Origin: Nemertoderma westbladi
Lineage: Eukaryota > Animalia > Xenacoelomorpha
Direction of reading: 5' to 3'
Length of the DNA stretch: 54,950 bases
Assembly: GCA_032718475.1 (NCBI GenBank)
Contig: JAUCBJ010008175.1
Coordinates: 1-54,950, forward strand
Of this stretch, positions 35,601 through 44,386 are shown piece by piece (the first letter of the stretch is position 1; each line of letters opens with the position of its first letter). The notes beneath the pieces are model-generated. The model saw only the letters and a program-made list of their open reading frames with translations. It searched no databases and was not told the DNA's origin. The position numbers and the translations under genes were made by a program.

Positions 35601-37794
35601 TCCAAGAGCAGAGTTGATGGCTGCAGTTTATAGTGTAGAGTTAGCTAATTTCATTGTCGCGCATATTAGGTTTACATTGACTGTTACCTTCTGGACAGAT
35701 GCTAGTTTAGTCCTTGAATATTTACATAACGATAAAGCATCTTTTAAAGTCTTTGTAGCTAATCGCAAAGCACAAATATTGAGTTCAACTGAAGTCAATC
35801 AGTGGAGATATTGCCCTGGAGAACTAAATCCCGCGGATATCGCGTCTCGGGGAGCTACTCCCCGTCAACTGTTGGACACTCCTTGTTGGTTCCAAGGGCC
35901 CGCATTTTTGATCCTTGAAAAACATTTATGGCCTGTGAATCTATCACGAGAGGAGATGATGACTAAATCTGAATTTCCCCCTGAGATTGTTGTTCCTTCA
36001 AAGAGGTCTAATAAGTCTAAACTGTTTACTATATCTAAGCCTGAACAAGTTTTGTCAGATCACATTGTATTTAGAACCATTCCTGACATTCCTGATACTG
36101 ACTCTGTCAGTGTTCCTTATTTAGACATGCAAATTGTTTCTACTACAGCTCCTAAAGATGGATGTATTGAAGAACCAGAAAATGTTGAGGTTACTATTGA
36201 GGTTAGTAAATCAAAGGGAATTATTCTCCCAAACATATCTCAAGGATTACATAATATTTTAGCACGTTGTCTCGAACATTATTCTTCTTGGGATAGATTA
36301 TGTAAGCATGTTACATATCTTAAGAAGTATGCCCATTATGTATTATCTAAGAGAAAAATTATTCCAATTAAGGCTACTCTTGATAGTGAACTAAGAGAGA
36401 CTGAGTTGCAAATGTTACGGTTATCACAATGTATTAGTTTACCTTTAGAATATGAAACCTATGCGAAAATACCTGGCAAAGTTGGTAATGATAAGTACTC
36501 CACAGTAATGAAGGATGGTCTTCTAAGAGTTGGTGGTCGATTGAAACACGCACCATTTATCAGTGAGGATGCTCGGTATCCGATTTTGGTTTATGATAAA
36601 TTAGTGCAACAGAAGATTATACTAGATGTTCACCATCGACTGTTTCATGCTGGGCGACAACAAATATTAAGCTTTCTTAGAAACAGGTTCTATCTCGTGT
36701 ATCCTCGTCAAGCCTTGACAAAGGTTCTTAAGACATGCATCCCTTGCAGGAAAATGTATAATCGTCCTTTGACCCAATTAGAAAGTGATCTTCCACCTGA
36801 ACGGTTTGGAGCTTACAGTCCTCCCTTCACTTTTACTGGTTGTGATCTGCTTGGACCTATCGAGTTAAGGAGGGCCAGATCAACGATTAAAGGCTGGGCA
36901 GTAATATTTACGTGTCTCACTTGTCGCGCTGTCCACCTTGATCTGGTTACTGAATTGTCGATGAATAAGTTTATGTTGTGTCTGAGGAGGTTTATAGCAA
37001 GAAGAGGTAATATATCTGTCATGAGGTCAGATCAAGGAGGTAATTTTGTGAGTGCTTCTAAGGAGATAGCAACAAGTATTGCTGATTGGAATCAGGAACA
37101 GGTTGATAGTCTACTCAAGGTTGCTAACATGACGTGGAAGTTAAATACGCCTCTATCACCATGGTTTGGGGGATCATGGGAGAGGTTAATTCGCAGTATC
37201 AAAGTTGGTTTATTCCATATATTACCAGCGAAGGTCTATATTACCTATGAGGTGATGTTGACATGCCTCATAGAGATCGAAAACATTATTAACTCTAGAC
37301 CGCTTCTGCCACTTTCATCGGATAGTACATCCCCAGAAGTTTTGACTCCTGCCCATTTTCTAATGTTACGACCTGCAATTATGATTCCAGTCAAAGAATC
37401 AGTACCATCAGATGAGTACTCTCACAAGGTTTGGAAGTTAATGAATTATCTTTCCGACCGATACTGGGATTACTGGATGGATCAATATTTACCCTCCCTA
37501 CGGTTACGTACTAAGTGGTTTTCCAACCAGGATAATGTTCGTGTAAACGATTTGGTGTTATTGGTTGATGAGAATGTGCCACGTCGAACTTGGGTAACTG
37601 GGCGGATAACCCATATATTTCCAGGGAAAGATGGTCGGGTAAGATCAGTTCGACTACGCACTAGCTTGAAGCAAACTCTAGAACGTCCAGTACATGGCTT
37701 ATGCCTTCTGGAGATGGCCAGAGATAAGACTGGAGATCATAGTAGTAATGTCAGCAAATGTCTTGACTTACGTTACCCCGATTTGAATTATTAG
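29683..37794 (+). CDS. gag-pol: 2703-aa Gag-Pol polyprotein (Gag, 3 Zn knuckles, aspartic protease, RT, RNase H, integrase)
   Basis: KFDGDPLKY; CSRC..H..C, CFNC..H..C, CKVC..HHTLLH; ALLDGGSSRTFI; YLPHHPV, SDIEGMFLQV, YMDD; LHLFSDAS; CIPC, GCDLLGP, SDQGGNF, FGGSWERL. Confidence 0.97.
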   Translation: MSIPGNTETPSPDNVATASSGDMHSVINLDQTVMHMSGNSQASDDEYQMCSEISSHPSNLSDKEIYGFSKREAIKIYGYDPTDNSPETLMKLGIPTGTDERQLKQSLSAFRGHVSRTVNAIHKSCSGVVPSSYENINLWLNESNEIRIRWLVTCNAFNNVIISRGLSALTPTVDISRTTGLQIISQLNERLNVLLRPQRMSDEGRTFPPKGQAMSNKQSQSRELSQSSKATSRRSISSETRRILQQIGEQERKADEQLLHDQIEASKQFQELQDGVEDELKRAETIKREEELKQQILEAAKRAEMEKRIQEELEKKQKLETQKLRILRDQREAAENLKKQLHLQRQHVIAKEMERQYRTDSASSRYSKPSNNGSNVNERCNSVSVPAPAPNSELDRAYNETQLKSMSSASTSQGRLVTTTEILGGMSNFSRVQVSTPSPQTTINIDAQHPSVAGVIAGEVQMLHDDNYAVPSCHIQVSKGLPSLSKHSVTASVSVPTIPLMASSSAVKDKMESLVVTLTTNHHPSNPISQFTHQEIKEIPRQLPVDTSRKPNFFDHLRPVPSTLRPSYPNKEFPPHSVSFNPYTSVAGQNYSNTIPIQRPHSCYMPYQEAYFPGLNSSNRSPRYPSHSPAFHSTGIYPEESTNYDPFVGGSERPIGDYGGETHYNYSEFDNIQLKTNDAKRGLYSVINDTKNAKQQLSSIREELEAERMELARVKDSINIQRMEQVQERHESSHPPPQPLFAKKSILKPTEKFEITSHEKDKLEHPDNIVADCDSELPNEFISNFSSSHLNRTDPNLSLARVFSRMDARQSSVLDPHLKFDGDPLKYLAFENHCKTSFTDVPLTDSERLNNLIKMLEGTPKELALCQIGIPNGFKIAWEQLKERYGNKATIATSMIENLLTDGKQVSYGYSLVKYADNIDRVSNQLKLLDQESQLDQRIIINCLVAKFPEKVKLDWLKYEMNLKSKSNKGKEINLRDLRDYLNRQREIWNLGRQYNTQLPGKYSNSRQTPDKVRRTAEVGSESEGFPVSDGFDCDVNDESVVRAIKSKSKVNSALSSNQKHTFDTLVRQVISANKETIDNPANTLHKNSAYFPCSRCKSHEHPIYKCAEYRQDSLQKRREWSKDNKLCFNCLSVGHRRDKCRSNIRCKVCSRKHHTLLHDNNFSKDQEREIERIRYTYDIDEDLSMDNFEDGEFEDSVIPESVMRALEKGAHSLNNTMKAFDIIQVLVKGDKGSKIVYALLDGGSSRTFIDAKLAQELFSTYDSTTFRALGFLNIWNTTLATNCARGFLSAVEGDIEYSTKFTFIDNFTDTNSVPYDWSNDSLRLTYDIPYYPVEYTGIPILIGKDLFEAHEQIEKRPADPGPLEDRAIRTRLGWFFSGPCIKTVEEREQYPTRCIDSNEVRDKVELSTSDSESANDEVDHIFRIKEDFLMDNLQTDILNKPNSAEELLFNKTISLEFNSIDKIRNILEKLETTESIDDQYRIRDHLFDIIQSEAELNQAARKWIDGDIVENNSNQLALSTKELRAIEIQRSTIKQLPDKHYEVGLLWKDALPQLYNNRSLAEQCAESLKRRLSKDDNLRIMYTEQMDKCINNGFAEIVPGDELYRNDGLVYYLPHHPVIRPDKPGKVRVVYNCAATFKGQSLNSEIMPGPNLLRSLHGILLRFRQFDIATTSDIEGMFLQVKVLEREKDCLRFLWWPSGRLTSPVQVYRMTCQAFGIISSPSNASSIVQQTATDNEEDFCDLVIQTIREDIYMDDCQSSSENAQEAITIAHGVRECLSRGGFNLIKFNSNSKEVLASLPNCWRASPDVDLDNDNLPMVKTLGLRWNPNEDYLYFKVTLPSPSQIPTKRTCLSIFSQIFDPLSTVSPVILPARLIVQEAWKENYSWDEPLKGELLQKWQKWEEILPELELLKIPRAYFPHMSRGETLQLHLFSDASTKGMGTVAYLRRETNNSIEVAYVMSKAKTMPSKFLTIPRAELMAAVYSVELANFIVAHIRFTLTVTFWTDASLVLEYLHNDKASFKVFVANRKAQILSSTEVNQWRYCPGELNPADIASRGATPRQLLDTPCWFQGPAFLILEKHLWPVNLSREEMMTKSEFPPEIVVPSKRSNKSKLFTISKPEQVLSDHIVFRTIPDIPDTDSVSVPYLDMQIVSTTAPKDGCIEEPENVEVTIEVSKSKGIILPNISQGLHNILARCLEHYSSWDRLCKHVTYLKKYAHYVLSKRKIIPIKATLDSELRETELQMLRLSQCISLPLEYETYAKIPGKVGNDKYSTVMKDGLLRVGGRLKHAPFISEDARYPILVYDKLVQQKIILDVHHRLFHAGRQQILSFLRNRFYLVYPRQALTKVLKTCIPCRKMYNRPLTQLESDLPPERFGAYSPPFTFTGCDLLGPIELRRARSTIKGWAVIFTCLTCRAVHLDLVTELSMNKFMLCLRRFIARRGNISVMRSDQGGNFVSASKEIATSIADWNQEQVDSLLKVANMTWKLNTPLSPWFGGSWERLIRSIKVGLFHILPAKVYITYEVMLTCLIEIENIINSRPLLPLSSDSTSPEVLTPAHFLMLRPAIMIPVKESVPSDEYSHKVWKLMNYLSDRYWDYWMDQYLPSLRLRTKWFSNQDNVRVNDLVLLVDENVPRRTWVTGRITHIFPGKDGRVRSVRLRTSLKQTLERPVHGLCLLEMARDKTGDHSSNVSKCLDLRYPDLNY

Positions 37795-38592
37795 CAATAC
37801 CTACGATAGGTACCGTTATTTAAGATAAACAAACTCTCTTTTGATTGTATATGTTTAATATCCGTGATTAGTGCATCATATACGTACAAAATTTTGGAAG
37901 CGGGAATTTGTATGTAAATGAGAGCAGTATTTTTAAAAAATTTTGATATATAACAATGACCGTCATCTCACTCTAAGAGCTTGGAAGCGGTATGTAAAAT
38001 GATTGGTTCACAGTTAAATATAGTACATCGAATCGTTTCAAACGATCTAGCCCTATGTGTATTTATCGATGTGATAATCGTGTTTGTATCTAACATATTG
38101 TGTAGTCCAGCCCCGTTTCTGCGCTGCGCGATATTGCATGATACTATGTAAATGAATGTGTGACAAAGTATGAGAATGTTTGTTAAGGTTTAATTTCAGC
38201 CGATTAAAGACAAAGACTTAATATAAACATTATAGTTAAGTATACACATTGATTAGTGACTACCGGTACGCTATCATACGTGGTTGCGTTGAATGGCAAA
38301 ATTGTGTTACTGATACAATAAATTATGGTGCTGCAATCCCGTTTAAACCCTGTCCTTTAATTGATACTATAAATCATTTAAACAAAATAAATAAAACTAA
38401 ATTTTATTGAGGCTTGTGGCACTTTAATTAAAATTAACTTTAAATATTTATAAAAAAATAAAAATAAACGACCAGATTTCTGCGATCCCGTTGGGAGTTA
38501 CATCTTTAGTTTAGTGCCTTGCTGACAGAGCTGAGCTTTCGGGTTCCTGACTGATGGCTTTGGTGTTCTGTTGTCGAAGACGAAAAGTCTAT

Positions 38593-39185
38593 CGATATCC
38601 GTCGGATCCTTAGTTGTTCACACGATATCCTTCGGATCCTTGGTTGTTCACACGATATCCGTCGGATCCTTGGTTGTTCACACGATATCCGTCGGATCCT
38701 TGGTTGTTCACACGATATCCGTCGGATCCTTGGTTGTTCACACGATATCCGTCGGATCCTTAGTTGTTCACACGATATCCGTCGGATCCTTGGTTGTTCA
38801 CACGATATCCGTCGGATCCTTGGTTGTTCACACGATATCCGTCGGATCCTTGGTTGTTCACATGATATCCGTCGGATCCTTGGTTGTTCACACGATATCC
38901 GTCGGATCCTTGGTTGATCACACGATATCCGTCGGATCCTTGGTTGTTCACACGATATCCGTCGGATCCTTGGTTGTTCACACGATATCCGTCGGATCCT
39001 TGGTTGTTCACACGATATCCGTCGGATCCTTGGTTGTTCACACGATATCCGTCGGATCCTTGGTTGTTCACACGATATCCGTCGGATCCTTGGTTGTTCA
39101 CACGATATCCGTCGGATCCGTGGTTGTTCACACGATATCCGTCGGATCCGTGGTTGTTCACATGATATCACACGATATCCGTCGG
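38593..39185. repeat. 30-bp minisatellite, ~19 near-identical units (cgatatccgtcggatccttggttgttcaca)
   Basis: Directly visible 30-bp period with few variants. Confidence 0.97.
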
Positions 39186-39980
39186 CCCTGTGGGTTGTTT
39201 GCACGAATCCGTCGGACCTTTGGTCAGTAATGTTTTGCTATCTGTCCTACTTATTTAGACCCTATTTAGTTAGTTATTGCCGATGCAGATCGGCTACATG
39301 ACGATATTATATCCATTGACTTATTTCGATTAGTCTATAGCTACATGTGGGTTATCACTTACAGAGAAACTCTTTGTCCTGTTTCTTCCATTTATGTTGG
39401 TTTAGTTATTAAAGTAACCTGGTGGTAATGATAAACTTCTTATAACAAAAGGTCTATTACTTGTACAATATGTTTACTGTAATTATTATATGTTGTCGAT
39501 CAAGACGAATAATTAATTTGTATGTAATTATATGTACACCATTGAATTTAATGAGATATTTTCCTATGGAAGTAAGTTATGTTAATTGTAGTTTATTTTT
39601 AGGATTTGATTAATTGGAAGTTCTCTGAAATATTAGTTATTGTAATTATGTACGTATTATGCAAGTACCACACCTTGGTATTATGTCACATTAGTTAGTT
39701 ATTTGCAGGCCTCTTTAATTTCGGCCTGGTTATTTGTCGTTCATTTGATTAATTTTACCGAGGCGCCTGGAGACATGGTGTATTAATCTATTAACGAAAT
39801 TAAAATTATTATTTTTTATGCAAATGGTTTGATTCTGGACATTCTTTAGTTGAAAGGATTTATAATTTCGTGCATTGTGATAACAATCATTTGCTTCTTG
39901 AGTCTTTTATAAAATTATATTCTAAGAAGATATTTACAATTATATGGTAGTGCCTATGAGACTATAATTTGGAAGCGGTT

Positions 39981-40965
39981 TGTTGAAGCAAATCGATTGT
40001 TATACTTACAGTATATTGTCAACATTTATATTTTTTGTTCACAGCAGTGTTTAATGCAATTTATATTTAAATTTACCGCTGTGCAATTATTTTTCTTTAT
40101 GGCTTGTGATTTCTTGCCGCTCATTGGCTCTTTTAAAGAGTGAATGGGATTTTGAGAGCTAGAGAGGACGTGGTGGAGAGGAAGGGCTGGATAGGCCAGG
40201 GCATAAGCATAAAACCACGGTACTACAGTACTACATACGGTAACGGTATCCTGTCTGCCTGTCTAATTATTGTGCTGTGTTATGGATATGCGGTAAGAAG
40301 ACCAGAAGGGCCTTCAAATCTATGTTTTTTATGAGGATGTACATCAATCTGTAAATTTGTGTAAATTCAACCTACTGAACTAAGGAATTGCATAATTATT
40401 CTGATATATTATTATACCTACTGACTGGAAGCTGACGCTTACTTTCTTTTCGACATTCAGTCAGACACCTTACAGCCTTATCTGTTCTGTGTTCCCGAAA
40501 GTTTAGCTAGGTCCGCTAATTACTAAACTTAGCGCAGCTCATGGGTGTAATTTCTGCCCCGATTTATGATTTCTGGCTGTAGCGATATTTTCGGTCAGCT
40601 CATAGAGTCACTAATCTTACAGTATCAGCATACACTTACCGGCAGACCGGTAATTATTCATCTGTTTGAGTAAAGGACGGGTCGAACTACTACCAATTAC
40701 AGGTAACAAACGGATCCATAATTAATTGTTTACTGTCTGACTGAAATGGTAAGTTCCTTTATTGTTTGACTTGGTTTGTGAGTAGCAAGTGTCTTCTGCA
40801 TTCCTATGTGAATGAACGGTTGTTTTCTTGATGTTTCCCTCCATAACGCCTTTGTTTGTGTGATCAAAATGTAGATAATAAATTGTTGGTCTTCAAATTA
40901 CCGCTACCGCATATCTTCATATCGAGTGACGTCCCAAGGTTGGGTCTTTCTTACTTGCGGTAACA
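39981..40965 (+). repeat. 3' LTR (985 bp), preceded by the PPT-like ggaagcgg
   Basis: Direct repeat of 27067-28051, followed by TSD GGTGA. Confidence 0.97.
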
Positions 40966-41110
40966 GGTGAAACCAGAAGATCCTACGCATAGTCTGAAGT
41001 TTCTACCATTGATCAATCCTCTCGACCTTGTCGAACTCGAACAACTACAAAAACACCTAGATCAGCTAGTTAAACTAAACTCATTTAGAAAACCGTATAA
41101 TATTTCTAGA

Positions 41111-41154
41111 ATAGAGAAAGAAATATCACCTCCGTATAGATATATAAATAGAAA
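41111..41154. other. 44-bp spacer at the centre of a fold-back inverted duplication
   Basis: 40966-41110 pairs with 41155-41299 (coordinate sum 82265). Confidence 0.95.
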
Positions 41155-43032
41155 TCTAGAAATATTATACGGTTTTCTAAATGAGTTTAGTTTAACTAGC
41201 TGATCTAGGTGTTTTTGTAGTTGTTCGAGTTCGACAAGGTCGAGAGGATTGATCAATGGTAGAAACTTCAGACTATGCGTAGGATCTTCTGGTTTCACCA
41301 TATAATATTGCTTTAAATTGACGTAATAAGGATGATCCTTAATTCCATAAAATGAGTCCGGCAAAGGTCTAGCGCGTATGTTAACATCGTGCACCATGCG
41401 ACGGACAAGATCCGCTCTATTGTCCGGAGGCTCAACAAGTAAACCATCTACACGAGCGGCCTCGATGGGTGGACGTTGTAGCATGGGAGCGTCAGCAACG
41501 AGCTCGTGAGATCTGAGATCAGTATTAACCGGTTGAGGCTGTACCGTCGCAAAGAGCTTGTCTTTAAAATGAGGAACCATCGAGGGGTGGAGAATCGTTT
41601 TGGAATAGAGATCCGTCACGAGAATTTGAGCTTCTGGTTGGGCTAAAGCTGCTTCTTCCCTCTCAGTCAGCTCTATATGTCTCTCCTCGAGCTGATTTTC
41701 CTCCGCTTGTTGTTGCAAGCGCTCGTCCAGGAATTCCTGTAAAGAGTAGGTTCGTCCACGTTCGATGTCCTCCTCTAGATTTTGTATTTCTCTATCGAAC
41801 TGGGGTAAAGCTAGTTCTTTCACCGCTTGGACTTGTTGTTGCAATTTACGTTTCTCCAAGCAATCGTAAGTTCCTTTCCCGATTTTCTGCCGAATAGCGT
41901 CCAATGCATTTCATATCACGCTCTCTTCGACTTCTGTAACAGGTTGGATCGGAGGAAGGCCAGGACGGTTGTAGGGGTTAAACGGTGATATTAAATGACC
42001 GCGTCCTAGTCCAGCGAGGTAAGGTTGGCGAATATCCAACGAACCCACTACCGGAGCGCCACCAATCAACTGTTCAGGTAACACTAGATCTTTGAACAGT
42101 GAGTACAGTTCGGGAGGATCCGTAATACTATTAGGATCTAGAGTTTGAGGTATCACTGGTGAATGGGGAGGTCTGACCGAGTATTCCGGAACTCTGATCA
42201 TGGGTTTATTCAATGATCGCTTAAGGCGCGCGACCGTAGGCGATACGTCGAAAAGGTTACGCTCGAAACTCCCATAAGTATATCGCGTAAAACTGTGTTT
42301 AGCGCAACGTCTCCGAGGAGGTTTATGCCTTTCGATTTGCTGGTTAGGTCTAGGGCATTCGTCACAGTAATACCAAAGACGCACGTCTTGAAGGGGAAAC
42401 GCGGGTGATCGCTCTCCAGTTTTACAATATTCCTCCATCTGTTCGAAGCTATCTGGAACGACAGGTAGCGGTCGATCGGCGGTAAGATACATCATCGTAA
42501 AATAGAGCCGTTTGAGTTCCATTATAGGATCTGGATGTATACCTTGGGGATATCGAGTTTCGAGGTTTTGTTGACTAGCAACATTGAGATAGGTCTCTCG
42601 TAAGAATTCTAGATAATCGTTGAAACCGTTACGTTTATCAGGTTCTTCAACGTCTTCTCTTTCGAGTTTGTTTCGAATAGAGTTCTCGTGTTCTATTCTC
42701 GATTTATCGTTTCGACTCCGCTGGGCATGATATTTAAACAAAACCATTTCCCTTTCGGTGTCTACATCGTCGGTGTCGTGTAAATCAATAGGATGACCAG
42801 TGGTCAAGAAGTCCATATACGTACCATTACGATGCGTGTAGCGAGCAGTGAACTTTCTATAATCCAATTCACGCGTAAGTTGCTCCTGGGACATTGGCGG
42901 TTCGATATAACGACCATCGTCCTCCGTAATAGTTGGATCAGCGTCGCCGCGTATCAAGCTATCGACAAACGCTTGTAAAGGTAGAGTATATCTCTCCCTG
43001 ATACCAAGATCATCTTCTATTAATTCAGTCAT
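41155..43032 (-). pseudogene. ORF2 of copy C (B-type, uninterrupted by the nested BEL, truncated at the fold-back)
   Basis: ORFs 41911..43032 and 41062..41904 match 25329..26450 and 26457.. with one aa change each (N/D, T/A). Confidence 0.9.
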
Positions 43033-44386
43033 ATCTGCTATACAAGTTCACCAATATTATAATGAGTTTATATATCGTTAGGCGAGCGGGCGTCGCTGCC
43101 TATTTCTCCCTTGCCCCCGGACAGTAAGAGATTCTCAGCGCCGATGTACCGCTGTAGCTGTACTTTCGCCAACGACGTAGCCGTACAACTACAACGATAA
43201 CCGACACAAGTCACTCCACTGTCCGTCCCAAAGGCTTAGATGTACTTCAGGTATTCCTTGGAGAGTTAGGTTATTTTACGATTGCGACTAACTACTGTAA
43301 ACACACTTTAGCAGTAACATTCACCTATAAACTCACAAATACCACACAACTGGTCACAAGTACGCACATTCGGGCCATTTGTCCGTTAGTCAATGCCTTC
43401 CAGAATGTCACTGTATTATTATGTATCCTTGGATACTAGCAGTGCGCTATTTATTCCCTATGCTATTCTATGGGACAAGCTTTCTATTGTTCGTTAACTC
43501 AATTCTAATTCTAGCGTGGTTGTTGCTATGGTGACATTATGCAAAGCTAGCGGTAGAATTAGGGTGATTCCAATGCATACAGATCTGGGATGTTATTTAA
43601 TAGTATTCTTTAATAGTCAATGTTCTGTTTTATACATGACTTTAAGAATTTTATCGGCTATTAACTATGTTTGGGAGACTTTCGTACACGCACACGCATA
43701 ATAATATAAATCTCCGCTCCCTTGATCTATTAATTAATGGAATTTTGGGAACTTTATAAATTGCGTAAAATGGCAATTTATTAAATTCATTAAAAGACAT
43801 GAATTTAAATTTATTCCCTGAAATTTTATTATTTGATAATTAAATGGGCATATTTTGATTCTAGAACATGTCTAGGAACACAAGATCCTTAATTCTAAGA
43901 AAATTGTCTCTTTAAGAATATCGGTAAATGCTACGATATCTTAATTGACTAGAATCGTTGAAGGATCTGAATTTTACAGATTTTGACTTATTTGATTTGT
44001 AAATATTAACTAATTAATATTTGAGATGGGCACCGATTTATTCCAGAACTTATCTGGGGACGTTAACCACTGATTCTAGAATTTGTCTTTCAAGTATATC
44101 GGTGGGTGCCACGATATCTTAATCGACTAGAATTACAGATGGTCAAAGGGTTTAACAGATTTATTTTGCGTTTTACGCTACTGTTAAAAAGGGACATCAC
44201 TAAGTCATCTTAAGTAATAAGATTAATATATTGCACTAATCTACTAAATAATCGCTAAAATAACATTCTACTAAATAAAATTAAAGAAAACGATTATAAT
44301 AAAAGTACATAATAATACATACATAGATGTATAAAAAAAATAAAAATATATAAAATAATATGGTCACACACCCACTCCAGACGTGG

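Larger units (their letters stand above)
27067..40965 (+). mobile_element. Full-length, apparently intact BEL/Pao LTR retrotransposon (13,899 bp), second family
   Basis: TG..CA LTRs, 5-bp TSD GGTGA (27062-27066 and 40966-40970), single intact ORF. The empty site is seen in the inverted arm at ~41295-41299. Confidence 0.97.
14882..41138 (+). mobile_element. BEL/Pao copy B (non-autonomous Gag-PR plus ORF2), interrupted by a nested BEL and truncated by the fold-back
   Basis: Colinear with copy A through leader, gag, pol remnants, spacer and ORF2. 5' boundary tentative. Confidence 0.8.

Noticed and set aside
38506-39230. Four repeat-protein ORFs, or a CRISPR-like array
   Set aside because: A stop-free 30-bp unit opens several frames on both strands. 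There are no unique spacers and no cas genes, and the context is eukaryotic.
41062-41203. C-termini of ORFs 40967..41203 and 41062..41904
   Set aside because: They read through the fold-back into the antisense arm and are not native protein.
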